DNA of 64,000 nt, from the NCBI GenBank assembly GCA_030264375.1, contig JASCQW010000105.1, positions 46,828,594 through 46,892,593 of the forward strand, given 5' to 3'. Positions 49,991 through 63,640 of the stretch are shown here, in pieces. The position numbers and the translations under genes were made by a program. The number at the start of each line of letters is the position of its first letter. Within the stretch, counting starts at the first letter, position 1. The stretch is from Carcharhinus longimanus. Taxonomy: Eukaryota. The notes beneath the pieces were generated by a model that worked only from the letters and a program-made list of their open reading frames with translations, ran no database searches and was not told the DNA's origin.

Positions 49991-52089
49991 CACTTAAGGG
50001 TACAGGAATGAAATCAATAAGCACAATGAAGTGAAGAGCTTCTCTGGTTTATTTTTTAAATCTACATGCTACAAACTGTTGTGATATCTGGACAAGTGAT
50101 ACACTCTCGAGCACACAGACAGCCATGGTTCACATACCAAAAATTATACATTCAAGAAAATCACACACATATTTACTGTTTATAATACATATTGTACATG
50201 TGTTAGTATTTTATAGCAAATGATTGTTACTTTCCTTCATGTAATCCATTTTATCTCTTAATTATGGGATTAATTAATGTTTTTTTCAAACTCATGCTGA
50301 TTCATAATGCTTGGAATTAACTGACAATGCTGTATGTGACTTGATGTAACAAAGCCCAAAGTAGATTTACCACCCACAAATAACTTGCTGCTCTGAATTT
50401 GTCAAACAAAATCATCTCCACCCACAGGACATTTCTATTCATAACCATTAAGCCAGAATGTTTCAGCAATCATATCATTTTAATGGTAAATGTTAATATA
50501 TACCCTCAAACCATCAGGCTCGGTAACTTGGAGTCAATTCCCCTTGTGCTGCAACTTGCATTTATCATCTCAAACAAAGATCCAAAAAACCAGAGAACAG
50601 GAATTTGCTGAAATAAAGCATAATTTTTTGCTGCATTTTAATATATGATAGAGTTTGCTGATGGCAAAACTCCATTTTCTTCAGTCTTCCTGACATTTAA
50701 AAAAAATTGAAAGCAAAACAAATGCTGCCAGGATACATTTCTTTGCACAATCAGACAAGTCTGAGGACCCTTGCTTACATATGAAAAACATTTATATAAA
50801 TCAATATCTTGCTTTTTTGATGGGGAGAGGGCTACTTTTCACTTTCAGTATATCTGTGGAACCTCAGTGTTGCAGGTGCCCTCACAGCAGATAACATAGG
50901 TCTACCCTTCTGCCCAGCCAAACCATGGGACAATGAGTTTCCGGTTTGGTTTTCCAAGGCATTCAAAAATGATCAGTGGTAATGTGGCAGGTCTAGTACA
51001 TAAGAACTGGAATGGACCATTTAGCCCCTCAAGCTTTTTCTACCATTCAGTGAGATCTGAGTCAGGCTGACCAGTGAGCTAAATTCTTTTATCTGCTTTT
51101 GCCCCATATTCCTTAATAATTTAGGTGAACAAACAACCATCAATCCCAGACTTAAAACTTACAATTGACATTACATCAATTATCATTTGCAGAAGACAGA
51201 TCGATTGCATGTAAAAGTGTTTCTTAATTTCACACCTGAAATTTCTAATTCTAATTTTTAGATTATGCAATCTGTATAAGTAAGTAGAACAAATTTCTAC
51301 CAGCCTTAATCAGGGACAACACACCGTCCTGAGAGACCTGAGTAGTTAATTAGCTAACTGGTCTAATCTGGGCCAGAATTTTACATTGCCCCCCATTTTC
51401 CCTATCACAGCATGTTCTGAANNNNNNNNNNNNNNNNNNNNNNNNNNNNNNNNNNNNNNNNNNNNNNNNNNNNNNNNNNNNNNNNNNNNNNNNNNNNNNN
51501 NNCAATTTTACAGCAGAGTCGACAGGGCTTTATATGGCAATAATGCCCATTCCCCAATTAAAACTTGTGGCTTGATGGCCACAAATGTCTCTTTATGCCC
51601 AGTCTCAATTTTTAAGCTGGCAGGCACCCAATGACTAAAAGTGGGAAACAGAAAAACTTCTTACCCTCAATCTTGCACTGGAACATAGGGTGGGGGGTGG
51701 GGTGGGGGAAGCACCCCTTCAGGCTGGGGGATACCCTCCCATGATGGACAAGAGGCCTCTGGCCCTCCCTTTCCCCACCATGGCCTACCCACGGACAGCA
51801 AAATTGTCTCCCCTTCACAACTCTCAGGAGGTTCTCCACCCTCCCTCCCCAGACCCCTGGTACTTAACAACACGACCTTTCCCAGGCATGACACTGCAGT
51901 ACCACTTCAGGCCAATCAGATTTGCCAACAGCTCTCCAAGACAAGATTTCTTTCCAAATGTGGATGAAAGTGTCTGCTGCCAATAAATGCTCATTAGCAC
52001 TGACCACCTGCCATCCTGACAAATCCAACCCTGCTTTCTACAACTGCAGTTCAATTTGGTAAAAATTCAAAGATATTTTGTGTAGCCTT

Positions 52090-54730
52090 GCAAACGTATG
52101 CAGCTTGGAACTGAATGTTTATTTGGGAGTTTGGTGAGTGGGAGATTCAGGTGAAGAGGGAAAGGGTCTTACCTGATCATAGGGAAAGATGCTGGATGTT
52201 TGGTGAGTGCCTGTTGAGAATCTGGTAGTGGTCAATTACTAAAGTTTAAAATAATACAGGAACTGGTGGTAAAGTTAATAAAATATGTTTTAAAAATGAA
52301 AATAAATAATTGAATATCAATAAGTCGTTACTTAAAACACATTAAGGATGGCAGGACACAGTGACGTGTCATAGCTGCAACATGTAGGAGCTCTGGGTGC
52401 CAGTGCAATCCAGGGCAAATATATCTGCAGTTGATGTTTGCAGCTTGAGGAGCTTCAGCTTTCAGTAGGCATAAATGGGTCATTTTCCGATTGGCAAGAT
52501 CTAACAAGTGATGTGCTACAGGATCAGAACAATGGCCTCAACATTTTACAATTTATATCAATGACATGGATGAAAAGACCATAAGAAATGGTTGCTAAAT
52601 TTGCTGATGACACAGAGATAGGTAGGATAGTAAGATATAAAAGATACATAAGGAGACTGCAAAGGAGTACAGATAGGTTACATGATTAGGCTAAGATTTG
52701 GCACATGGAGTATAAAAAACATAGAACATAGAACAGCATAGCACAGTACAAGCCTTTCGGCCCTCAATGTTGTGCTGAGCTATGTCCAAACCCAAGATCA
52801 AGCTATCCCACTCCCTATAATTCTGGTAATGTGGGATAATGTGAAAATGTTCTTTTGGCAGGAATTTAAAAAAACATATTGGTTGGGATTCTCCCCAAAA
52901 AATTCTAAGTGCTGAATTTGCATAAAATCGGGAGTAATTCCCGCTGCCCTTTTTGGTGTGATTTTCAAAATGAATCTCCCAAACTCTGTGCGCTGCAGGG
53001 TGGCTAAGGAAGATTCATGTTGAAAATCTAGAGGTGGGTACCTATTCCCACTGGAGAGGCCAGCAGCATAGCGCTGAGTGGGCCATTGCACATGCGCCAA
53101 TCTATCATAGTAGAGATCAATGTATGTGGATAGCCCCAAACTGCTGGTCTCCCGATTGCTGACCAGCTCAATTGCTGGCCAGCCCCACAATCCACATTGC
53201 TAGCTATGTGAGCCCATCTACACCCTGACTGCTGGTCACACGGACCACTCCAGGCAAACCCTGGTGTCCTCCCCCCACCCTATCAGCCCCAATCTACCCA
53301 ACTGCCACCATCCCAACAATCCAGACCTCCCTGACCCCAGCCCCCTCAGCAGTCCTGAACCCTCCCCAGCCCCCCAGCAGTCCCAACACCCCCCCCCCCT
53401 CGACCCCGATGGCCAACTCCAATCAATCCCTTCTTTCCATTTGCAACTGATCCCTATACAGAGTGGCAGCAGGACCCCTCACCTGCACAATCTCCCCCCA
53501 GTAAACCCCACCCCCTCTGACCCTTCATCCTTGACACTGCCTGATGCCCAGTGGGCAGTGCCAAGGTGTCCATTGGACATTGCCACTTTGCCTATCAGGC
53601 GGTGCCATGGGGCCAGGCTGGCACTGCCAGGCTGTAAATGCCCAGGCCCCTTATCCTAAACCTCCTGGGGGGGCGAGGGGGGCTCCTTGGCCTCCCTCCA
53701 CTACACTGAGATTGGGCTGCTTGCTCCCTATTAGTGGGGAGCTGTTGTAAATCTCGCTGTAGTGAACCTCTCCTGACAGGAGGGAGAGACACTAGTGGGC
53801 CCAGAGACTTCAGTCCTGGACCTGCTAATTGGATGGAAATCCAGATTTTAGTTTTTAAATCAGCTCCATGCCAATATCTGGCGCAGAGCTGATGCTGCCA
53901 GAAATTCTGTCTCCAGAGATGCATGGAGGCTGTGGCGCCCAGCGGGAAACTTGCTACCTAACTTCCGTTGATGTCTCCGGGCCTGTCATGCTGCTAGAGC
54001 AATGCAGCAGGCTGGAAAAATCACCCCAATTACCTAAATGGTGAGAAATTGCAAAACTCTGAGGTGCAGAGGGATCTAGTGCATTAATGACTAAAGATTA
54101 CTAAGTAGGTGGAGCAAGTAATTGGGAAATGTTATCATTTATTGCAAGGGGGATTGAATGGGTATGCTTCAGCTGTAGAGAGCATTGGTGAGACCATGAA
54201 TATGGTGTACAATATTGCTCTCCTTATTTCAAGAAGGATGTAAATATATTGGAAGCAGTTCAGAGAAGGTTGATGAAACTCATTCCTGGAATGGTTTTTT
54301 TTTGGAAAGGTTAGGCAGGCTAGGCTCATTTCCATTGGAGTTTAGAAAAGTAAGAGGCAACTTGATTGAAACATGTCAGATCCTGAGGGATGTTGACAGG
54401 GTGGATATGGAGAGGATGTCCTGTCTAGTGGGAGAATCTAGAACTAGCGGTCGTTGTTTAAAAATAAGAAGTCACCCAATTAAGATAAGGATGAATTTTA
54501 TTTTTTTCTGAGGGCAGTGAGTCTTTTGAACTCTTTTCCTCAGAAGGCGATGAAAGCAGAGTCATTGACTACTTTTAAGACAGAGACTGGTGGATTCTCG
54601 ATAAGCAAGGGGGTGAAAGATTATAGGGAGTAGGTAGGTAATTGAGGTTACAATCAAATCAACCATGGTCTTATTAAATGGCGAAGCAGGTTCGAGAGAT
54701 CAAGTGGGCTACTCCACTCTTCATTCGTAT
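52090..54730 (+). mobile_element. Internally deleted CR1 LINE interrupted by a DNA transposon
   Basis: Cys-rich ORF1-like start at ~52350; VAKFADDT at ~52590; resumes at ~54030 through RLGRLGSFPLEFRKVRGNLIET to the 3' UTR. Confidence 0.8.
52863..54027. mobile_element. Non-autonomous DNA transposon (PIF/Harbinger-like)
   Basis: GGGATTCTCC near the left end and GGAAAAATCACCCC at the right; C-rich core with GGGCAGTGCC/GGCACTGCC, homologous to 11185-12267. Confidence 0.65.
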
Positions 54731-55154
54731 GCCCACATGTCCCACATCCCCAGTCAGGAGAAACTTGGATTAAACCATACCTTAACCTTCTAAATTTGGG
54801 AAAATACAACCCTAGACTGTGTAATCGCTTCTCGTAATTTGAATTTTATCTTTCTGGTAAGTCTATATGAGACTCCCTGTAAGGAAAATGTATCTTCCTT
54901 TAGGTGTGGTACCCAGAACTGCCTCAGTACCCAATGTATCTAACAAAATCTTTGTGAAGCTCAAGCATGACTTTGACCTCATTTTACTCTAATTTTCTAA
55001 AAAAAAGCCAACATTCCATTGTGTCCATTAGATTAATTTCTGTACATATTCATGGCATTTAAGTTATCTGTAAATTTGAACATCCATTTCCTTCAAAGCT
55101 CTGCTGTTTTTCAATACTTTGTAAGAACTCTATCCTTTTAACAGGTTCAAAGTT

Positions 55155-56010
55155 TGTGATGACCTCTGTGCTGGGAAAAGCCTGCATTTTGTTTTATACA
55201 TTAGCCCTTTAAGAACAACATGTGCTGAAGATTATTTTGAAAGCAGGTTAATTGGTTTTCTGATTATGTAGGTTCCCAGAAATGCCCATGTGACTGAAGG
55301 TTACCATGGGAATGAACAGCCAACAAGAAAAGGTAAATAGAAAGCTAATTGCAGTGGTGCAGTATTAGTCAGTTTTTCTTTCTATTTTGTCAGTTCTAGA
55401 TACTGAGAATTAGTACAATGGCAAAAACAAATAAAGCTCACTCCAGATGGGGTAGTTTTCAATTTGGCCAGATTCTGCTCTTGAATCAGGATTCCAAGAA
55501 TAGAGCAGTAAGGACTGAACACTGAAAGCAAGAACAGCAAGGGATTGTGGATTGGATTATTGCTATTAATGTTGCGCAAAACCCCACTAGAAAATTTAAA
55601 AGGGTCAGCAAAGTGAATCTCTTGTGATTCTGTGCCATCAGGACCATTGTGATTCAAGTAAGAGAGTATAATTAGTTGGTGGTAACCACATCAAAGGAAT
55701 TGATATCATGGCTGCTATTGAATGCAACTCAAGATCTGAAATGATTGGATGGGGAGTGAGAAATCTTAAACAAAATGGAGACCGAGTTAGAAAGACTGCG
55801 AAATGATGCATGTTCCCAATTTGTGTGGGAAGTAATGTGAGTTTAACTACATGAGGCATATCTTTGTTACATTGACTATTTAAAGTGAAATTTACCTTTT
55901 TACTTTAAATATCCTTCACTTTTTAATGTTTGCGATATGTAGGTTTTAATTGGTTTGTTACAATAGAAATTTTAAAAGTGAAATCTTTTCCAATAGTCTT
56001 CTTATAGTTG
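55155..56010 (+). mobile_element. LTR-like element
   Basis: Starts TGTGATGACC; non-coding with LTR-like composition; 3' end uncertain. Confidence 0.4.
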
Positions 56011-56329
56011 GTGCTATGAAAGGATGATCTAGTACCTGCCTACACTGAAATTCATTTGCCAGTTTTCCTCATTCACTGAATTTAACAATATTTCTTTCTA
56101 ATTGTATCTTTATGTGAACACAGCTTACAGGATTGTCTGTCCTCTTGTTGTTTGGCTACGTGACTTTCTGTTCCATTATCTAAATGGTTAATATGCATGG
56201 TGAATATACGAGGTTCCAACACTGATTTTTGGACCATCGCAAAGTAAATAACATCCACAATCATTCTACTTCAATCACCTCTTCAAAGATTCAATTAGGT
56301 TAATCCACCCAATTTAAACATTAAATCCC

Positions 56330-56830
56330 TCCAACACTAATGCATAGTGGCAGCAGTATGTACCATCTACAAAATGCATTGCTGAAACTCACCAGCGCTC
56401 CTTCAATAGCAACTTTCCAACTCATGACCTCAACCACCTAGAAGGCCAAGGGCAGCAAATGCACGGGAATGTCACAACCTGCAAGTTCCCCTCCAAATCA
56501 CACACCATCCTGATTTGGAACTATATTGCTGTTCTTTCACTGTCAATTGATCCAAATCCTGTAAAACCCTTCCTAACAGCGTTATACAAACTTAAGAACT
56601 TAGAAACTCGGAGCAGGAGTAGGCCATCTGTCCCCTAGAACCTGCTCCACCATTCAATAAGATCATGGCTGATATTTTCGTGGACCCAGCTCCAGTTACC
56701 CGCTCACTCACCATGATCCTTACAGAGTATTATAGGATGCCTATGCCACATGGACTGGCAGCTCACCACCACATTCTTGTAGGTAGTTCGAGTTGGGTAA
56801 TAAATGCAAGCCCACATCTTGCAAAATAAT
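56330..56830 (+). mobile_element. CR1-like LINE (second family) 3' end with a CR1 tail inserted at ~56590-56720
   Basis: Homologous to 23200-23560; the insert begins AAGAACTTAGAAAC..GGAGCAGGAGTAGGCC. Confidence 0.8.
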
Positions 56831-58672
56831 ATATTTTTTAAAAAGGACAACTGCAACCAGTGGAGAATTTTTCACCTGATGTTTATTGACTTCAATTTCA
56901 TCTAGGCCACCTTGGTGCTTGGTCAAATGCTGCTTTGATGCCAAGGGCAGTAACTCTCCCACTGGTGACACCCTCCATCATTTTGTTGATGATCAAGAGT
57001 GGACTGATGGAGCAGTAATTGATTTTTGTGAACAGGACATACCTGGGCAACTTTCCATATTGTAATATAAAAATAGAATGTGATGGAAAAACATGAGCAG
57101 GTCTGGCAATGTACGTGGAGAGAGAAACAGTGTTAACCCTTCAAGTTAAATATGACTCTTCTCCAATGAAGAGGACTTTGCCATAGAAATATAAAAGATT
57201 CTACCATTTTCCTTACTAACAACTGGCCTACGGTTTCCTGTTTTCTCTCCGCCCTCCTCTCTTAATAATCTTTGCTACCATCCTATCCAACATTCTATTC
57301 TAGAATCTGGAGAATTTTGGAAGATTGAAGCAAATGCATCCACCACTTCTGTAGTTAACCCTTTTAAAAATCTAGGACAAAGGCCATAATTTTCAGGGAA
57401 TTCCTCAACTTTTCATCCTATTAATTTCTGCAGTACTAATTTCTGCTTTATAAATAATTCTATATCTAAACTTCTAATTATCACTTAAAAATGTTCTATT
57501 ATGCAAAGAAATAAAACAACAACAGTAGTAAATAGGGACTTGATTTTGACAGAGACAAGTTCCTGTATTGTTTTATGGGGGATCCATGGATGTTTTATAA
57601 CTGTGGAAGTGGGCCTGAGAATTTAAAAATGGCTCTCAAGCCCCTGCTCGGCACCATGTCCTCTTTTGCTGCCATTTCTTCTGCATCATTGTGACATTCC
57701 ACCATTATCTACTCCTGCTAACATATCTACAGTCAGTGAGGACAACATCCAATAGACCAAAACTTGTTTACCATCCTCACTCTGCCACGTTGTTGGAATC
57801 AAACCGGTCTGTGATTTATTTAAGATATGTTGCAAAAATAGTTACAACGTAACAATTGCTAAATCATACTTCAGAATTTTGCAGCACATTTACTTTGCTC
57901 AATAGTAATAATTTTCTGCAGGTCTAGGCTGTTTCGAAGCATCTTATTAATATGCACATCTATAGTTTATGCTCTATTCAGTTGCTGATGAAGGACTTCT
58001 TTATCCCCAATATCAATATTTTTATCACCTTAAGTACTCAAGGGAAAAAACAATATTAAGAACAATGCTTCTTTATCATTGAAATCATGAGGGAACCAAA
58101 AAAAAAAGCCACAGTGCACACAGCACAGGCTCTTGCAGGATCTGGATTGGTGATAACCATATCTCATTTAAGCAGGTAATAGATGTAAACACTATAAGTT
58201 TCCACCATTACCCAGTTACATTTCTGAAATATTATATCTCATCATCAGAACAGGATTATGTTATACATTTGTACTAGGTTGCAGAAGCATTTGCTGTGCT
58301 GAACTTATATATAAAATGTTAATAAATATAAAGGTCTGCAGCTATAATTTATCATGAGGCATAATAAGTTTAAGTATTTATAAGTAAATTATCTCGTCGG
58401 TGAAAGCACTTTTAGGTAAGTGATTTAGGTGTAGTGATTATTTACCAATTGAAACAAAAAAAAATCCGCTGTAGAAAATGTAATATTCACTTTATATTTA
58501 TGGCGTAAAAATTCAAATCCCTCAAACTGAAATCCCAGATGTTGATCAGACAATGTGGGACCAAATTCTACTTTCTTACCCAAAAATAAGGGCACAATGT
58601 GAATGTATCTTAATTTTGCAGAACATGATTTAGGCTGGGACACATTTCCATCAAGCTTATGCCTCATTTTCA

Positions 58673-58836
58673 TTTCAGAATATGTTTTGGTTTCAGTGTT
58701 AGGAGCCATTTCTTCCACTCAACTCTTCACCAGCTTTTCATGTAAATGAGATGGATTGTATGAGAGATCAGAATTCACATCATTTCTGCTCCTGCTGGCA
58801 TCATTTCTGTCATTCTAACTTGCCAACAGATCAAAG
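58673..58836. repeat. 164-bp direct repeat, copy 1
   Basis: About 12 substitutions and no indels versus 59671-59834 (hand count). Confidence 0.95.
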
Positions 58837-59670
58837 TATCAGTCTTGTCAAAAGAAGAGCAAACTGGCAGAACTGATCAATTTAAAAGTACTTGCTGTCT
58901 AGAAAATTCTTTTCTATCTCAGACATCATTGCAGGTCTGAGTAAAGTCTTCTGGTCTTTGGAACAATTGTCACTGGATGCGAGATCTACAAGGAAGTTGA
59001 AACTTCTGTTGGGCAATTCCCCTTATTCCAGGACTTTGTGCAAATGTCACTGACTCTGAGTTGGAGAGAGAGATTTGGGGCAGTTCTGCATGAGTTGGCT
59101 TGAGAGTGACCCAGGAAATGTTAAAAAGATTTAAAACACCTAGGCTAACACTTGGATAACTATACAGTTGCTTCCTCATCCCATCATTCTGACTACCCCT
59201 CTGCCCTGACTGAACTACCCTCCCAACTCAATCCAACTACTCACTCTGGCCACCTGGGTAACCTCAAACTGACTCAACCTGAATACTCCTCTCCCACCGC
59301 AACTAGCTGACCACTAGAATACCCTCATGATCATCTGAAATCCTGGCTATTCTCTCAATCACCTTACTACCTGACCCTACCCAACTATACTGGAGCTCAC
59401 TATCCACTTAGCCACTTACACACTTCATCCACCCTACCTACCCTAACCACTTACCCATCCTACCAGCCATGTAACTACCCTAACAAATTGCCCATCTACC
59501 CACTTACCCACATTCCTACCTATCCATTCACTAATATTCAAACTGGGCCTTTACACTTACCATAAAGCAGTTATTGCAGTACAAAAGGGGATGTAGCTTG
59601 TCTTCTCCTGACTCTGCTCTAATGACATTCCCTGGGAGATACTGTGTTGCACATTTCTGTGATAGCTGGG

Positions 59671-59834
59671 TTTCAGAATATCTTTTGGTCTCAGCATTAA
59701 GAGCCATTTCTTCCACTCAACTCTGCATCAGTTTTTCATGTAAATGAGATGGATTGTACAAGAGATCAGAATTCACATCATTTCTGCTCCCGCTGGCATT
59801 ATTTCTGTCATTCTAACTTGCCAACAGATCAAAG
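59671..59834. repeat. 164-bp direct repeat, copy 2
   Basis: TTTCAGAATA..CCAACAGATCAAAG, offset 998 bp from copy 1. Confidence 0.95.
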
Positions 59835-60019
59835 AAGTAATGCAGCAGCGTCCAGAGGGGACCACTTTTGAGCGCACAGCAATCTGTCTATCATTGACAT
59901 GCTTGGATGATCCAGGCCATTTTTTTTTGCTTTCAGAAGCTACTGTGCCAGGGGCATTCCTTGATCTTCTGCTTCCATCAAGAATGAGGATTGCCATGAA
60001 ACAGTCTGCAATCTTGATT

Positions 60020-60250
60020 GGAAGAATTGGGGTGCTGGGGCTGATAGACGAGTGACCCAGGTTGTTATGGTCCCGTTGGAATGTTGACAGGGAGGGGAAG
60101 ATATGCTTTATGACATCATCATGCTGGAATTGGCATAAATGGCAGAGGATGCCTTTTGAATATGGAGACTGGTGGGGTGGAAGTTGATGAGAGAGGGATG
60201 AGATTGTTAGGTTGTGCATGCCTGCTCCTCTCCAATCCTATTCCTGTTTC
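60020..60250 (-). mobile_element. Penelope-like ORF fragment (linker before GIY-YIG)
   Basis: ILCHLCQFQHDDVIKHIFPSLSTFQRDHNNLGHS resembles the PLE IILRHFxxLQxDPTTKHIFPSPPLSAFRRD motif. Confidence 0.65.
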
Positions 60251-61043
60251 AAGCATTGTGGGCCTTATTTCCTGCAATGGGACATGACTGTGCTGTAATT
60301 TTCATTCTCAGGAACCATAATTTTTTCTTACTCCCAAGTGCTGTGAGGAATGCATAGTCTGCACAATGACGGGCTGAGTAACATCTGCAATTCCAAGCCC
60401 CCTCCCCGCCCACCCCACTGTGCAACCACAATGACGCCTCCACATAGGTATGAAAGCCATGAACGTGTCACTTCCATAATGTGACCTTGGACTTCAGAAG
60501 GTACAGCCTTTATCGAGCATTCCTTTTACCTTCACTGTGATATCCCAAATGGAGATTTTCCCACTCTTGCAGATTTCAAATGATGATTAAGCCTCCAGCT
60601 TCAAGGCACCACACCAATGCTGCTGAACCACTATCGTCCAGGCAGCTGTGGATGTTGCGGGAAGTCTTCTCCTCTGATTCATTGACATTAAAACCTCATG
60701 CCATGTAGTCATAGCTTGGAGGAGGGCTCCATGGGGGCATCATCAAACATTATGTGGCCAGCATGTTCTTCCCTCCCTCTTCCCTTACCCCCTCCTCATG
60801 GCCATGTTCTAATGTTCAGCTGCTCAATATTTACCCCTTTTATTTATGCTAATGCTTGCAATGCATGCTATTTGCATTTCCTGGCAAATCTACTTAATGC
60901 TGACCCTCTGTAGAATGTCATACATTATTAATATTAACAAAATTTTTTGGAGCCAACGCTTGTAATTCTTGCAAAAGTCCAAACGTTCCTGCTTCCTTCC
61001 AATAGTTCAGGTACACTTGACACTGTCCCATGCCAGCTTTCCC

Positions 61044-61187
61044 TTCAAATTATTGGCTGTGACCTCCTTTTGGGTCAAATTCATCCTGCCCTCCATTTTT
61101 GATTGGTCAGGGAAATTCAAATTATTGGCTGTGACCTCCTTCTGGGTCAAATTCATCCTGCCCTCCATTTTTGATTGGTCAGGGAAA
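61044..61187. repeat. 72-bp tandem duplication
   Basis: 61044-61115 and 61116-61187 differ by one T/C. Confidence 0.97.
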
Positions 61188-62989
61188 TGACATTCAAACA
61201 ACCTCGCGGCCTGGAAACTCACCTGAGTCCATTAGTTGGGTTGTTGTTGTGTTATACGGTGGGAGACAAGGGTAGGGATGGGAGTTTGCAAGCCAACCAT
61301 TTTCATTGAGAAAGCCTCATCTATCCAGTCTTTATTTTGACCACAACACTGAGTTTCCCTAATCTCACTACAATCTTTACACTACTAAAACTGCAATTTC
61401 TGCAGTTTTACTAGTCTGACTACTTGTTAGACTCTCCCCTTCATTTTGCTAACTGTCCCATAGATGATATTTTGATTTTGATGTGCACAATGATGTGCCT
61501 ACTGAATTGTATTTCTTTACTCACACCTTTAGTACTGCTCAATCACGTGCCTTGTTTTACATTGCTTCTCCATCTCTGCCAGAGTCCTCTTAGCCTTTGT
61601 ACTTCCAGTTCCAACTCAAACCCTGGCACTTGAATGTATCTAGCTCCTTACAATATTTCACACCAAAGGATTAATATGGCTTAGTCCAGCTCCATCCTGC
61701 TTTCACTCCTTTACCCAAGTTTCTTGTGGTGTGGTACATTTTATAGACTGCAGCACCAATTTAAATTGACTTCCACAGAGCCCAATTAGAGTAATTTATC
61801 CAAAAAAAACCCCACATAAACTGGTTTTTAACATTTTATAAACACCCTGCATTTGATAACTATATTTTGTCAATTATAATTATGGAACAAAAATCTAAAA
61901 GAAATGTACAGGTTTTCTTTTGTTGAAAACTCACAATAAGTTATTCTCTCAATTCTGAGCCTTAGCTGTATTTCTGGCTCACTAGAATCTCTTCCTGGCA
62001 TACCATGCTAACTCAATCTCATGGGCCTCAGATATTTTCAGCTAAATAATTGAACTCTGTACTTGCAAACTTTGCCCCTGCTCTCCAGTTCTGGCTCTTT
62101 GTGCCACAGAAGAAAGATAAAATTCTAACACAGCTGTCCTAAATTCTTTATGGCATTTGGCCCTGGCCAAATTCCATCATGGTGTGTTGGAAGCCAGAAC
62201 AGGAATTAAGACATTAGCTGTCCACTATTGTCTGTGCAAATACATGGAAAATGCAATATTCCCAGAATACTTGGTTTTGAAACCATCTCTCAATTGCTGT
62301 TTACAAAGGGAACCATAATTTTAAATGCATGTCAATATGTGAAAGCCAATGATAGTACTGCCTACAGAAGATGATTTGCTAAAAATTTAAGAAAAAGAAA
62401 GATATGAAGCAAAAATCAGAAATGTTGAGAACACTCAGCATCTATCAATAGAATAGATGAATTAACAGTTCAGGTGTGGATCCTGACATTTAAGATATTT
62501 CCATTTTGATGCATGATGCAGTTCAAAATTCCAGCAAACTGCGCTTCTCCATTTCTGTTTCTGATGAACTATGACCCACTGCTCCCAAAAGTGTGTCTTT
62601 TATTTTCAATACATCAATTTTCAGTTAATATCTCCAGCATTGTATAGGTAAAGTGAAAGATCGGTCAATTTAAGTACATTCCTCTGGTTATACCTCACAA
62701 GTATTGTTACCAGGAGTGATTTGCTAAGAGTCATCCTTCAGTTTATTTTACTGACTGACTGTTATGGTCATTTATCCAACTGCTGTACAATTATACTTAC
62801 TGGTATGACATTAAAAATTGCCTTCTGGCACAGTTATTTGAAAAGCTCCTAAAACAATAGGAGCCATTAATTTTTTAAGTATGTCTTGTAAGTATGAGTG
62901 AATAATTATTGTCTAATTTTCTTTCTAATATTTTAAATGTGCATAAACAAATAAGCTCAATGAAAGAATGAAAATGATTATGCCGATAA

Positions 62990-63640
62990 TGAGGCCTATC
63001 ATGGCCTCACAACCAAGTCTGGGTTTCCTTCCCTATTCGCCATGCTGAGACTGCAGATGGCAATCTCTTCCTTGCCTACCACATGCAAACAAAGTCAAGG
63101 GCACAGTTCCCCCGCCCTTATTCCTCATTCCACCCAGTTGCTGCCGCTCCATGTGGTAACTGGAGGTGGCTGGTGTTTCTCCAATATCAGCTCTCAAATA
63201 AAGAAATGAAAAAGAATGTAACAAAGGCCATTTTTCATTTAGATCTCACATAGGGGCCTCAGCTTGTGCCATTTAACTGCATTTATCCTTGAGGCTCTTC
63301 TGCCTTTTAAATCTCCAGACTCTGCTTCCATTTTCAGAATGACAGTCCAATTGGAGTATAACCATATGTTTCGAGGGTGAGACTTGTGAGCTTCCTGTTA
63401 TCAGCAAGAATTTTTCTATGAGCTCCTCATGCATATCAATGATCTTTGGATTGAGTTAAGTTGTCCAGTAGATGGAAGCCCAACTTTGCTGTCAATCTGT
63501 CTCAGGAGGAAAATTCTATCCACAGATATTCTAGTTTTTGTGGTACAGCCATTGCAATCAAGGCTAGCATTTTGTCATCAATTTTAGTTACTCTTAAGAA
63601 GTTGGCTGTGTGTCTTGAAGCACTGTTTATAAGGGGAAAG
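62990..63640 (+). mobile_element. Probable DIRS/Ngaro tyrosine recombinase remnant
   Basis: ORF 63461-63769 HRYSSFCGTAIAIKASILSSILVTLKKLA..LFIR resembles a decayed YSxHSFRIGAATxAAxAGIxxxxIKxLGRW..YIR; DGSP lies upstream in another frame. Confidence 0.4.

Noticed and set aside
53264-53659. 131-aa proline-rich ORF
   Set aside because: C-rich core of a non-autonomous DNA transposon; the same pattern occurs at 11473-11864.
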